A DNA stretch of 64,000 nucleotides from Azolla caroliniana (taxonomy: Eukaryota > Plantae > Polypodiophyta): assembly GCA_043228905.1 (NCBI GenBank), contig JBHGNT010000008.1:558001-622000 (forward strand), in the 5' to 3' direction. The notes beneath the pieces are model-generated. The model worked only from the letters and a program-made list of their open reading frames with translations, was not told the origin of the DNA and made no database searches. Below are positions 38,502 to 52,425 of the stretch, piece by piece (within the stretch, counting starts at the first letter, position 1; the number at the start of each line of letters is the position of its first letter). Both the position numbers and the translations under genes were made by a program.

Positions 38502-39361
38502 TGTCGTGAAGAATGTGCTTCACGATATAAAAATGAACTAAAGTATTGTATTTAGTAGTATTTGAGACACTTGAACCCACAACCTCATAAACCAAGCACA
38601 ATGTATATACCACTAGGGTAAGCTATTTGTTTTTAGAAATGAGAATGTGCTTCACTATATAAGAATAAACTTAAATATTGTATTAAGTAAAATTGAGGGA
38701 CTTGAACCCTCAACCTTGTATATCAAGCACAAAGCATACACCACTAAGCTAGGTTATTTGTTTCAGGGTTATATCCATCATTATACTTATCCCATATATA
38801 TTTTCATACATGGGAGCTCAAATGAGCATGATGGCTATCATGCATCACATGCAATGCATGTGCGCCAAATGGCGATCATGCATCACATGTAACTCATGCA
38901 TTACATGCATGCCATTACCATATGCATGGAAATACTTATAAAAAGAGGGGAAAGGAAAACAAAAGGGAATCAATCAAGAAGAGAAAGTTAGAGAATAATA
39001 TAATTAAATAAATAAATTAGCTTGTTGGTGAAGAGGCTCGTGTTTCCAAGTTGGAGTCAAGGGTTTGAATCAAGAGTTGGTAGAGAAAGAGATCATATTG
39101 CTATCAAGCATTGTAAAGTTTGTAAAATCATGTATTCGTAATATACATCATGTTCATATCATATACTTTTTTGTCTTAAATCATACATTGTCTCTATCTT
39201 TTATCTATACCAGTCTCTCTCTCACACATATTACTTTAAACTCTTATTCTTCTTATCCTTAATCTTCCTAACATTTGCGCACAAACCTTATAAAAGTTCC
39301 TTCAACTCCCCTTAACCTTAGTCCCTATGACTTCGTCGCACGAACCACAACTACCCCGACA
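38502..39361 (+). mobile_element. Gypsy-type solo LTR M inserted at the RT/RNase H junction of C
   Basis: TGTCGTGAAG...CCGACA, TSD ACGC/ATGC, internal tandem duplication of about 131 bp, CATG-rich block shared with K. Confidence 0.85.
38567..38751 (-). promoter_or_regulatory. Two tandem tRNA-like A/B-box modules in LTR M
   Basis: Minus strand TAGCTTAGTGG (38751) ... GGTTCAAGTCC (38708) with a perfect T stem GAGGG/CCCTC, and TACCCTAGTGG (38620) ... GGTTCAAGTGT (38577). Both 43 nt apart. Confidence 0.7.
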
Positions 39362-42300
39362 ATGCATCGGCCCCACCAATACGACTCAAAGGGTACACAA
39401 ACATGGACTGGACAGGCTACAAAGCTGATCGACGACCGGCCCCCGGATTTGTCTTCTCGTTCGGTAGCAGAGCAATATATTGGAGTAGTAAGAAGCAGCC
39501 TACTGTCGCACTTTCGAGTATGGAGGCCGAATACAGGGGTGCAGCCGTAGCTGCATGTAAAGCCATATGGCTCAAGAGGATTTTGAAGGATTTGGGCGTC
39601 CCCATCAAGGATCCGACTCCCATTTACTGCGACAACATGAGCAGTATATATCTGGCTCGAAACTCGGTGTTCCATGCACACACAAAGCATATAGAAGTGC
39701 ACTATCACTTCATTCGAGAGTGCGTATAGGTCGGAGATGTCGACCTTCAACACATCAACATGAATCTTTAGACGATCGACATCTTCACCAAAGCCTTAAA
39801 GAGCCAACAAGCTTCGGCAATTCATGTTAGAACTCGAATTGATGATTCTTGACTTGTCAAGCTTGAGGGGGAGTACAAGCGAGAACCGGATACCGTCCAA
39901 ACCGGTGTTGTGTTGTTTCGCTTTCACGTGTGAAATAAGGCGGGACCACAGGGGCCCTGAACCGAGGAGCAAGAGAAACCAGAGGAAGCGAAGAGCGGGC
40001 ACGCGTAAGGCCTGTTAGACCCATTTGCAACCGACAACACTTGCCGGCCGAATGAACCACCAATGCGTATACCGACTTATCCAAGAAACACCCTCGCGGG
40101 AAAAAGGGAGAGTCCCAGAAACACATATAGACGAAAACAGGAGATTCAATTACAATAACAGTAACGATTACAGAGATTGCAATATTACAACCGGATAGCC
40201 GGCGACAAACCCAACCCAAACAATCACACACCCACGCACACACGCAGTAGAGCCTTTGCCGGAAGCGCACGAGCTTTCCTCAAAGTAGAGGCAACCGACT
40301 CCGAAAAACTTGCAGAGAATGATGACGATAGACGGAGGAGGAGAGATCTCGATTCCCAATCCGACAATACCTCGTCCTTGCCCCCAAACACGATAGCCCT
40401 TTTAGCCTTCTCCCCTTTCCTTTTTATAAGTTGCCGGGGAGGGACTGTTACATCCTATCACATTACCTTTATTCTCTGTTTCTTTAGATAGGGATCCGCC
40501 TCGATTTACTAGCCTACTATTACACCCTTCCTAGGATATGCACATCATGCCAGCCTATTCTTAATTATGTACTCCTTATCAATACTTGTGCCCGCGCGTA
40601 AGGGCCGGTTCATACACCTTTTTCACCGATTTCGCCTAAGGCCAGTTTTCTTCACGACATCCACCCCCACCAAACCGCGCATCCACCGGTATGCGCCAGA
40701 GAGGGACAAATGTTGGAGGAAACCGGCTCGCGTTCACCCATCCCTCTCCGAAACTTCATCCACTCTGAACCGGTTGTCATCGTTGTCCTTGTTTCCTGGG
40801 TCCAGCTCGTCTTCATGCCGCTTCTTGAAAGCCTTGATCCTCTTCCCGGCTACCGGCACCGCTATCCGCGTCCCGTCGAGCTCCGCAAGGTGGTAAGTAC
40901 CGTTGTCATTTGCACTTGTTACGGTGTAGGACCCGAACCACATCCTCACAAACTTCCGCATCGCCTTGTGCTGATTGTCGAGGCTGCTGTCATAAACCGG
41001 AACCTAATCGCCTTCCTTAATTTTCTTCGGCTGTAGCCGGTGCGTTCGGTCGAACCGGCCTTTGTTCCTTTCCCTTGCCGCATGCAGCTTCGCCCTTGCC
41101 TACTCCACATCCTCCGGTCTTCGCTCGAGCTATCGAATCCGTGCTGCCAACAGCTCCTCCCGGCTCATCTCATCCTTCCAATCCACCGTGGCCCTGGAAG
41201 AAATCGTTTGCTCCACCGGCATGATCGGCTTCTGCCCATACATTAGCTCCGCTAGCATGAACCCAATCCCAAACTGTGCGTAGTTCGGTCTGCCCGTAAC
41301 GCGTAAGGTAGGAGCCGCGACCAACTCCCAACTTGACCTTCACACTCGCGTACTAATGCCTTCACGATCGACCCGGGCCCACGCTCTATCTTCCCGTTAG
41401 CCTCCGGGTTGTACGCCGTAGTGAGGGAGAGCTTAACCCCTAGACGTCCAAACCGCTCTTCTGCTTCCTGTGCATCCAGCTCTCCCTGGTCAACCACGAT
41501 CTTCCCTACACACCCATACCGGCATACCACCTCTTCGACCAGGAACCGGCACACAACTGCGGTCGACTTGCTCGGCAATGCTCGGCCCTCCACCTGATCC
41601 GTCAAGTCCTCTTGCACTAGCACCAGGTACCGCATCTGCCCTACTCCCATCGGCATCCATCCACTTGAAGTGGACGGTCGACGGGTAAATCGGGTGCAGC
41701 TCATCCTAATGTCGGATTATGGAGTGCATTTGGTAGCTTTCACAAGTAGTCACGAACTGATCCACGTCCCGGTATAGTCCCGGCCACCAATACTTCCCCT
41801 TTAGCTTTTCGAAGGTGGCCCATGTCCCGCGGTGCCCGACCCAAGGACTCTTGTGATACGTTGTCAGCAACGCGTCTTGATCTTCCTTCCTTGCCACTAC
41901 CCAGAGTGGAACACCGCCTCTCTTTTTCGGGAGCTTCCATATGTCCCCATCCCGTAGGAAGAATCGATACGACTTCTTCTGGATCCGGTTAGCCTCTTCC
42001 TTTGTCCACGCTGCATCCGGCGCATGCGTCCTCAAGAATCTGCTGATCTGGAGCCACTCCTCGTCGTACTCTCCCTTGTTGAACTTGTTATGCGCCGGAG
42101 TGCTCCCTGCCCTCGTTGTCACGTAAGCCGACTCGAAGAAGTCCACGCCGACTTCTTCATCCTCCGAAACCATGCCGTCCTCATCGTCATACCGTGCTCT
42201 AGAAAGTATGTCGGCCATGGTGTTGTCTTTCCCGGAAATGTGTCGTATTTTCGGATTCAGGGACTTAATGTACGTGATCCACCTAAGCATTGCCAGGTCT

Positions 42301-42916
42301 GGCGTCGCGTATCCGGAAACCATACCAAGGATCGGTAGGCAATCCGTCTCGATTATCACCTCCATCCTGATCAAATAGTCTCTATTGGCCTTGACTGCCG
42401 AAACGATACCCCAGAGTTCACGCTTAATTTGGGTGTATCCCCATTGTTGCTCACTTAGCACCTTAGCTCTGAACCGGATGGGGAACCTCGTGCCGGCTTC
42501 GTCCTCCTAGTTGACCACCCACCCTATCCCCATCGAGCTCGTGTCTACCGTAACGTAAATTGGGAGTCCTTGCCGTAAATTGCTTTCCGGAGTGCCGATG
42601 CCGCGGTTAACGCCCCTTTCAGTCTATGAACCGACTCCACATGCTCCTCACCCCACTCGAATTTATGCCCCTTCTTCAACAACCCGTAGAGCGGCTCCGT
42701 GACGTGCACGTAATGCAAAATCTAGATGTGGTAGAACGCGCACGCGCCCAGGAACCTCCGGACCTCCGTAACCGACTTGCATTCTTCCTTTATTACGGAG
42801 ATGGTCTCTACCTTCGTAGGAGACGGTTTTCGGCTGTAAGACCCGCACAAATGCCCGACCACTAGGATCTCCGGCTGCCCGAAAGCCGATTTCTCTCCGG
42901 AGAAGGTGAGTCGCAC

Positions 42917-43585
42917 TGTCGCGTTGCTACGCGCGTGCATGGAGAACAAGGCGGGACCATTGGGGTCTTGGACCGAGGAATAGGTGAGGAAGCGAAAGGG
43001 GGGGGAGAGAGAGACATGCTCACACACGGATAGACAAAGAAGCGCGCGGGAACGCAGCCCAATCAACACAAGAGACACGAGTTGGGCAGGAGATAGAGTA
43101 TAAGAACGCGTATATAAATATATGTATGTAGATGACTCGAACTGATACAGCCGACCAGGTCGGCGAGACGGATGTCGGCGCCTGATCACCCACGCACACA
43201 GGAGAGCAAGATGGAGATTCTGCCGGAAGCACACGGACCAAAATCAGCCTCTCGAGGACCTGCGTAAAGAAAGCTATGGAGAGGAGAAGAGCTCGGTTCC
43301 TGTCCGACAGCACTTCGTCCCCTCTAGCGCGCGATACCTTCCTCTCCCCGTCTCCCTCTCTTTTATAGCTCAAGGAGGGAGGCCGTCTTACCCGTTTACA
43401 TCACATTAATTCTCTGTCCTTTCGGACAGAGATACTCCTCGATTTCCCTTACAGAATATTGCTACCTAGGATTTAACCTTTTGTGCCTACCTATCTATTA
43501 TACGACAAGGGACGTGCCCACGTGTAAGGGCCGGTTCACACACACTATACACGGTTTGCGCCTGGGGACGGTTTTCTTCACGACA
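42917..43585 (-). mobile_element. Gypsy solo LTR N inserted in the RT of F
   Basis: TGTCG...CACGACA, TSD GCAC/GCGC. Removing it restores LEDARLTFS. Confidence 0.88.
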
Positions 43586-45495
43586 GCGCGTCCTCAAGCC
43601 TTTGAAGCACCTTCTCACAGTCGCCGATGTGGTCTACTATGAATCTTCGGCAACCGTCCGACCCAACCGATTCATCCTTCTCTTCCACCGGGCATCCCTT
43701 GATTGGGATGTCGTCCAAGAACAACATGGTGATGTTCGGGATGTAGTGCCTCAGCACCTTGTTCATTGCATTCACCATGTGTGCCACTGAGTTGGTCCCC
43801 CCTTGCAGTAGGGTACACATCCGCACTATCCCGAGAGGAGTCCGCATCGTCGTGATATCCCTGCTCTCCAAGGCTAGTTGGAACTGATCATACCCCCAGT
43901 ACAGATCATCGACCAAATAGATCAACCTTCCAGCGAAGGCCTCCGCGAACTTGTCAATGGCCGGTCCAACACATGCGTTCTGAATGATCACCTTGTTGAC
44001 CGACTGTAGGTCCTGAATGAAGCGCAACGTGCCATTCTTCTTCGGCACAGTAAACCACTGGTGTGAATATGGAGCACTCGACGGCTCGAGGATGCCCATC
44101 TCCACCTTCTGCTTGCACAACTCCATCAACTTTGGGATGTGAGCTCTGGGTACCGGAATTGGCTTGAGATTCCACAACACATGCGGTACCGTGAAGATCA
44201 CCATTGGTTCCACGATCGTCGAGTCCACGCACCCATTCTCACCCGACGTGAATGCGAAGGTCTTCCCGTGCCTTCTGAGCATTCCCCGAAACCTCTCCTC
44301 CTCTGCCGGTAGTAGGAAGCCACCCGCCACCGACCTTGAGCTCCCGTAGCTTTATGTCGGTGAACCGGTGTCCTATGCCGGCCGGATCTCGCAAACTTGG
44401 GTCCCACGTGACCCCTTTCATCCGTTCCTCGCTGCCCTCCGGCAAGGGTGCTACGACTGGCCTCACCTTCCGATCCACAATCTTGTACCTCGTATCCACG
44501 TAGGTCGTCCGATCCGACCTGACCCTTTCCCCGAAGTCGGCAATGACTTCGTACATTCCCACAGAGTTAACCGGAATCATCCGGTCTTCACTGAGGCCTT
44601 CTTCCATCACCTTCCCGATTTCCCCGAGGGTGTTGTCGAAAGAGACCGCCTCCACGGTGCCACTAATTTCCTCATCGGGGGCGAGGACTCCGCATGTCCT
44701 CAGTCATTCCTCTACCCGCTTCTTCTCCCGGCCAATGATGCCGGTTATCGTACAACCTCCGCTATCGAAGAACCAAAACTTCCTACCTATGGTATAGGTG
44801 TGGGGATCCTCTGGGGTGTCCGGAGTAACGTGGCACCACGCTGTCGTGAAGAAAACTGTCCCCTGGCGTAATCGGTGAATAGCACACAGGAACCGGCCCT
44901 TCACGTGTGCGCGCTCTTAATGTATATAATAGAGTATTAGGTACAGAGAGAGATCCGGGGTAGTTAGATTCGGTAGGTAGGAAGTAAATGAGGGAGACGG
45001 CTCCCCTCTTGACGCTATAAAGGAGAGGGAGACGCAAGGAAAAAAGGGATAGCGCATTAAGGAGGACAAAGTGCTGTCGGACCGGAACCGAACGCTTCTC
45101 CTCTGTCTGTTCTCTATTGCCCTTCTCTGCAGGTTTCGGGAGGCTCGCGCTGCTTCGAGGAACGCCCGTGTGCTTCCGGAAACACCTCCATCCTATCCCC
45201 ATTTCGTGCGTAGACGAACAGGCATCGGCATCTGTCCGTCGGCCTGTTCGGTTGTAGCCGCTCGCGTGTTCTGCTGTGTACTCGTTATTCATTAATATAC
45301 AAACACTTGATTCTTCCTGTCTCTATGTCCATTCGCGTCTTCTGTGTTGACGGGCCACGCCCCTGTGTTTCTTTGCTCATACGTGATCGGGCGTCTCTCT
45401 CCTTCTCTTTCCCCTTCTATCACCTGCTCTTCGGTTCAAGACCCCGATGGTCCCGCCTTGTTTCCCCACGCACGCGCGTAACAACGCGACATCTT

Positions 45496-45513
45496 TGGTG
45501 AACCCGACGTGAA
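45496..45513 (+). other. Primer-binding site complementary to the tRNA-Trp 3' end
   Basis: TGGTGAACCCGACGTGAA, 4 nt after the LTR end. It is the reverse complement of ...TTCACGTCGGGTTCACCA (plant cytosolic tRNA-Trp 3' end as I recall it). Confidence 0.8.
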
Positions 45514-48500
45514 CAGGCGGCAGAGGAGCAGAAGATGAGGGGGTCAGATCTTGCAGAGGCCATGGCTTCGGCCGTGGACCGGATAGTGAGCGCGCGCGAG
45601 GGCACCGACGCCCTTGACAGGGCTATTGAGGCGATCGTCGGTACGATCGGCCGGTTCAGTGGAAAGGATGCCACGAGTTATTTGGCGTCCTACCGGGCGG
45701 AGATGTTGATGAGGGATTCCCTCGAGTGGCAATGCCGGGCATCCATGCGGAGGTGCTCGAGATCTGGGCGGAGAGCCGGACCTGGGAACAGTTCGAAGGA
45801 CGGCTCCTGGAGAAATACGGGCTGGATGACGCGCTTCGACTTACGAAGCGAAGCTTCATGGAATGGGTGGAGTCCCCCAACAAAGGAAGAAATGCGTCGG
45901 TACTCCTCCGGGAGTTTGAGGAACGCTTTACGCGCCTTTCGGCGCTCGATCGGACTGTTCTGGACACAAGTCGTGTCCTACTGTTTGTGAAATCAGTTGA
46001 CACACGGGATCGGGGGCAAGTTGGCTCCTTACTGGAAACTGAAGACGGGCTGAAGACCGACTGGGCCGCGGTAAAGAGAGTCTGCGGCCGTTTTGACAAA
46101 CGGTGGGAGTGGGCTGATACAGAGGCAACCGGGGCGGGACCTGTCGCAGCAACAAAGCTCAAACCGATACCGCAGGCACGAAGGGAAGAGACCCGGGAGT
46201 GGCTCGAAACCAGTTCTTCTTCGACCGGTGTGATCAGAGGCTCGTCCGGGGGAACAGCTCTGGAGGAGTTGACACGAGCGGTAAAGGATCTCCAGATCGC
46301 CCAGGCTCGGAGGGAAGGCGGCGATCAGGCTCGTGACCGACAGCCTCCAGCAGGAAGTAGGTGCATGTGGTGCGACGAGGTCGGCCACATCCGGAAAGAC
46401 TGCGGGGACTTTATGGAGGCTTTGAGAAGCCGAGTAGTGTACCTGTGGGAGGGTCGGGTGCACGCCAGCGATACCCGGAGGGCCTTGAACCGAAACGACG
46501 GAAGAGGAGGAATGAAAAGGCTGATGGAAGAGGCGGCAGCCTGGCACGCGGAGACCGTCCACTACTCAGCGTCAGCCGGTATTCGGGTCGGGGGCAGCGG
46601 GGCCCGGAAGGAGAGCATAGCCGAATTCTGGCCGACGGTGCTGGAAGGCCTCGCCGGTGCCCGACTGAAGAGGGACGAGGCGGACCGCGCGGAGAAGCGG
46701 AGAAGCGGAGAAGCAGGTCCAGGAGGTAACCGGGTGGAGTAACCCGGTCGAAGAAAAGACGGGTTTCATCGATGCAGCTTGCCAGAACTACGAGGCTCTG
46801 GTTGAAGACAAACGGGTGGGTAGAAACGGAGGAACCGGACCCTCACAGAGATTCGGGCCAAAACGGAACGAGGTCGGTGAGTCCAGTGCCCGGGATAACC
46901 ACAAGAAGGGCGGATACCGGTTGGGCACGGAGATCGAAAAGACCACGAACCTACGAAAGGTCCTGGAAGAATGAATCCTCGACAGCAAGGTGGAACTGTC
47001 GTTGCGAGAGGTGCTCGAGATAGCCAAGAAGGAGTTCCACGACTCCATCGTGGACTTGGTGAAGAGGAAAAGGCTGTCGACGGAGGTAGAACTGGAAAGG
47101 CCGGTGGAAGTGCGGACGGCGCACATAGAGGACATGGCGCTGGAAGACGAGTGGGCGGAGAGCCACTATTCGAGGCCACACTGAGCCCGAGCGACCACGG
47201 AAAGCCCGGTGAAAATCAGAGATGTTCAGGAACCGGTGGTGGCACTGGTGGACCACGGTTCGGAAATAAACCTTATGTCCATGGACTTTTACAAAAAGGG
47301 GAAATGGCCAATCAACACTAAGCACGGGTGGAAAATACGGGCGGCGACGCGCGCCACCGAGGAACTACACGGGGCCCTTCCCAAACGTACAAGTCAAGAT
47401 CGGCGATGTCGAAATAGACCAGCACTTCTTTGTGCAGGAAACGTCCTCGCACCCGGTCATTCTAGGGGAACCGTACATTACGGCGGCGCGAATGGAGACC
47501 AAGGTGCTGGACAACGGGTCGGCTTACGCGAGGGTCAAGAGCCAGGACGGGCGTCATTCAGTCCAGTTCCTGACGGTACGACCCAACCACGAGCGAAACC
47601 GCGAGTCCCTCGGTGGCGAGAACCGAGAGGTTTTGTAGAGAGGGCTGCCAAGGCGTGAGGCCGCGACAGTCCGAACACTTCGGGAAAACCCCACAAATGT
47701 ACGATAAAATCGAAACCAAAGAATCCTTGTACCATAAGTAGGAAGTTTGGTTTCTCCGACAACGGAGGGTGTACGATAGTCGGCGTCGTAGGTTGAGAAA
47801 AGACAAGGGCGGAAGAGCAACTTCGGCCGTGCGGAGTTCTCGGGCCCAGCAAGGAAATCAACGGAGCCGTGGAGGTGGTCTCCTTCGACGATACCTTTGG
47901 AATACTGCGAGAGGTGGTCGGAGAGGGCCTTAGACAAGACCGGACGATACCGGTTTGTTCAGAAGAGATGTATGGAGTCATCACGGACTTCAGTCGGGGG
48001 CTCGAGTCGGATCGGACGGCCCAGGTTAACACGAAGTACAAGACTGTGGACCGGAAGGTAAGGCCAGTAGCGGCACCCTTACCGAAGGGCAGCGAGTTGC
48101 GGATCGAAGGGGTCGCGTTGGAGCCCAGTTTACGTGATCCGGCCTGCATAGGACACACCTTCACCGACAGAATGCTACGGGAGCTCAAAATCGGTGGGGG
48201 CGGGTTCCTACTGCCGGCGGAAGAAGACCGGTTTCAGAGAATGCTCGGAAGGCACGGGAAAGCCTTTGCATTCTCGCCGGGAGAGATCGTTTGCGTAGAC
48301 CCGGCAGTCGTGAAGCCGATGGTGATATTCACGGTACCACATGTGCCGTGGAATCTCAAACCAATTTCGGTACCGAGAGCTCACATCCCGGAGTTGATGG
48401 AGCTATTGAGGCAGAAAGACGATATGGGCATCCTCGAACCGTCGAGTGCCCCGTACTCGAACCGATGGTTTACCGTACCGAAGAAGAACGGGACGTTGCG

Positions 48501-50975
48501 CTTCATTCAAGACCTGCAACCGGTCAACAGAGTGACCATTCGGAACGCAGGAATCGGACCAACGATAGACGAGTTCGCAGAGGCCTTCGCCGGAAGGTTG
48601 ATCTACTCGGGGTACGATCAGTTCCAACTAATCGTAGAGAGCAGAGACATTACGACGATGCGGACTCCTCTCGGCCTAGCACGGATGTGCACCCTACCGC
48701 AATGAGGGACGAACTTGGTGGCCCACATGGTGAATGCGATGAACAAGGTGCTGAGGGATTGTATCCCGGATGTCACCATGCCATTCTTGGACGACATCCC
48801 GATCAAGGGATGTCCAGTGGAGGAAAGGGACGAAACGATCGGACCGGACGGATGCCGGCAATTCGTGACGACACACATTGACGACTGCGAGAGGGTGCTG
48901 TAGAGGCTAGAGGACGCGAGGCTCACCTTCTCCAGGGAAAAATCGGCCTTCGGGCAATCCGAGATCATGGTCGTCGGACATCTATGCGGACCGTATGGCC
49001 GGAAACCGTCTCGAGCAAAGGTGGAAGCCATCTCCGCAATGAAGCCCGACTGTAACTCGGTCACGGAGGTACGGAGGTTCTTGGGAGCATGCGCGTTCTA
49101 CCACATATGGATCCCACATTACGCCCACGTTGCAGAGCCGCTATACGGGTTGCTGAAAAAGGGGCGAAAATTCGAGTGGCGAGACGAGCATGCGGAGTCG
49201 GTCCGAAAGATGAAGGAGGCTCTTGCTGCAGCTCCGGCACTCCGGAAGGCTATCTACGAGAAAGGCACTCCCATCTACATAACGGTAGATACGAGTCCGA
49301 CCGGAATCGGATGGGTCGTCAACCAAGAAGATGAGGATGGCATTCGGTTCCCAATCCGGTTCGGCGCGAAGGTCCTCAGTGAGCGACAACGAGGATACGC
49401 CCAGGTCAAACGCGAACTCTGGGGTATCGTTTCGGCGATGAAGGCCGATAAAGACTATCTGATTGGGACAGAGGTGATTATCGAGACGGACTGCCTGCTG
49501 ATTCTCGGCATGGTTTCTGGATGCGCAACCCCGGACCTGGCAATGCTCAGGTGGATAGCGTACATCAAGTCCCTGGATCCGGAAATACGACACATTTCCG
49601 GGAAAGACAATGCCATGGCCGACATGCTTTTGAGGGCGCGATTCGACGACGAGGGCGGCATGGTTTCGGAGGACGAGGAAGTCGGCGTAGACTTCTTCGA
49701 GGCGGCTTACGTAACAACCGAGGGGGGAAGCACTCCGGCGCTTGACGATTTCAACGAGAGCAAGTACGACGGGGAGTGGCTGCAAATTGGGGGATTCTTA
49801 AGGACAACGATGCCGGACGCATCGTGGATAAGGGACGAGGCCAACCGGATCCGGAAGAAAGCGTACCGATTCTTTCTCCGGGACGAATACTTGTGGAAGC
49901 ACCCGAAGAAGAGGAACGGCATCCCGCTCTGAGTAGTGGCGATGAAGGAGGAACAGGAGGAATTGCTAAAGGCCTACCACGACAGCCCCTGGGCTGGATA
50001 CCGTGGGATGTGGGCCACGTTCGACAAGCTAAAGGGGAAGTACTGGTGGCCGGGACTGTACCGGGACGTGCATCAGTTCGTGACAACTTGCGAGAGCTGT
50101 CAAATGCACTCCATAGTCCGACATCGAGACGAGCTTCACCCGACTTACCCTCCGGCCATCCACTTCAAATGGATGGTAGATTTGGTGACGATGCCGATGG
50201 GTGTAGGGCAGATGCGATATCTGGTGCTGGCCCGGGAAGACCTGACGAACCAGGTGGAAGGCCGAGCCCTGCAGAACAAAACGACCGCGGCCGTGTGTCG
50301 GTTCCTGATCGAGGACGTGATATGCCGGTACGGGTGCGTCGGAAAGATCGTGGCTGACCGCGGGGAGTTGGACGCCGAAGAGGCCGAGGAGTTGTTCGAC
50401 CGGTTGGGGGTCAAGCTCTCGCTCACCACAGCGTACAATCCGGAGGCAAACGGGAAGGTAGAGCGCGGGCACGGGCCAATCGTCAAAGTGCTAGTCCGGG
50501 CATGCGGAGACCAGGTCGGGAACTGGTCGCGGCTGTTACCTTACGCCCTATGGGCGGACCGGACAACGCACAGCTCGGTAACCGGGTTCATGCCGTCAGA
50601 GCTCATGTTCGAACAAAAGCCGATCATGCCGATGGAACGGACGATCTCCTCTTGGGCGACAGTAGACTGGAGTGATGAAATGATTCGGCAAGAACTACTA
50701 GCGGCGCGTATACGACAGCTCAAGCGAAGGCCAGAGGACGTGGAACGAGCGGCGGAGAGACTTCGGACGGCAAGGATGAGGAACAAAGCCCGGTTCGACC
50801 GAACGCACCGGCTCAGACCAAAGAGAATCGAGGAAGGCGACTGGGTGCTAGTCTACGACAGCAGCCTCGACAACCAGCACCGAGCAACACGGAAGTTTGC
50901 AAAGCGGTGGTTCGGGCCTTACGTGGTAACGGGAGCCAACGACAACGGGACGTATCACCTGGCGGAACTCGACGG

Positions 50976-52425
50976 TGTCGCGAAAATACGACGAGGATAC
51001 GCGAACTTTGAGGCAGGACCCCGGGGCCTCCGACCAGAAGATATCGGATTCGTATGATTATATTAAACAATTAATGCAAAATGATAAAGATTCACAAATT
51101 TCATTAATAAAGGGAAAAGAAATTACAATATGTCCCAAGATTGGGATTTAGAAGTTTTAGGTTTACTAAGATTAATAGAAAAGAAAAATTAGGGGTTTTG
51201 GTAGATATGGCTTCCGTAGGGAAGATTAGGATTCGGTCCTATGAGTATTATGGCTTCCTAAGATAAGGGAGTTGAGAAGAAAAAAAAATCCAATAATATG
51301 GAGAGTCTATTCTAGTGTAGGGAAAAAAAATGCAATAAAAATGGAGTTCTCTCTTGATCATAGCCTTTTCACTTTTTGTTGCATGGCCTCTATTTTTAGT
51401 TGCTTAGCTTTTTCTTTTGGTTGCATGTGATTGTCCACATGACCTTTACTTTTTCCATGCACTCCCTTCTTTAGTTGCTTGCGTCCACATGGCCTTTACT
51501 TTAGTTCTCTTCACTTTACTTTAGTTTGTTGCATGATCCAATCTTTCGTCCGTCCGCGTCCAACATCGTCCGGTAGCCGGTTCCATTTTGCTTGCCGGTC
51601 GGTTCCGGTTCCGATTTTGCTTGCAGACCGATTCCGGTTTGCTTGCCGGTTTCGGTTTCGGTTTTGCTTGCCGGCCGGTTTCCGGTTCCGATTTTGCTTG
51701 CAGACCGATTCCGGTTTGCTTGCCGGTTTCGGTTTCGGTTTTGCTTGCCGGCCGGTTTCCGGTTTTGCTTGCCGGTTCCGGTTCCGGTTTTGCTTGCCGG
51801 CCGGTTTCCGGTTTTGCTTGCTGGTTCCGGTTCCGGTTTTGCTTGCCGGCCGGTTCCGGTTTGCTTGCCGACCGGTTTCGATTCCGGTTTGCTTGCCGGT
51901 TTCGGTTCCGGTTTTGCTTGCCGGTTCCGGTTCCGGTTTTGCTTGCCGGCCGGTTCCGGTTTGCTTGCCGACCGGTTCCGATTCCGGTTTGCTTGCCGGT
52001 TTCGGTTCCAGTTTTGCTTACCGGCCGGTTTCCGGTTTTGCATACCCGTTCCGATTCCGGTTTTGCTTACCGGCCCGTTTCCGGATTTGCTTACCGGACC
52101 CGTTTCCGGTTTTAGGGATTTTGGCCACCATCATCCATCAAGACAAAGTGGCCAAAGTTCTCTCAGCACAAATGAAAAATGAGGGAGCTCAAGGTGTTTA
52201 TATAGCCAGGGCCTTAACTTTCCTATCTATGTGGGATAGTTCTAATATCTCTATCTAATCAAACTTCATTTTCCCATAACTTGATATGTATTTCTCCATT
52301 TTATATATAGTAAAATACATTTTGAAGCTCTTGAGTATATTCATCTTTCTATAGTAAGCTACCAATCTAATCTATAATAATTATTTCATTATTTTTTTAC
52401 ATAGTGTGTGAAGATTCACACGACA
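50976..52425 (-). mobile_element. 1.45-kb gypsy-type solo LTR I inserted in the integrase tail of H
   Basis: TGTCG...CGACA termini, TSD ACGG/ACGG. Removing it restores LAELDGTRMAIP. Minus-strand TATA (CTATATAAA) near 52196-52204. Confidence 0.88.
51575..52112. repeat. Compound GC-rich minisatellite (TTGCTTGCCGG and TTCCGG modules) inside LTR I
   Basis: About 20 TTGCTT modules interleaved with CCGG-rich hexamers. Confidence 0.95.

Noticed and set aside
51479-52258. Overlapping 175-259 aa ORFs rich in Arg/Phe/Pro/Gly
   Set aside because: They are a by-product of a stop-free minisatellite that is open in several frames on both strands.
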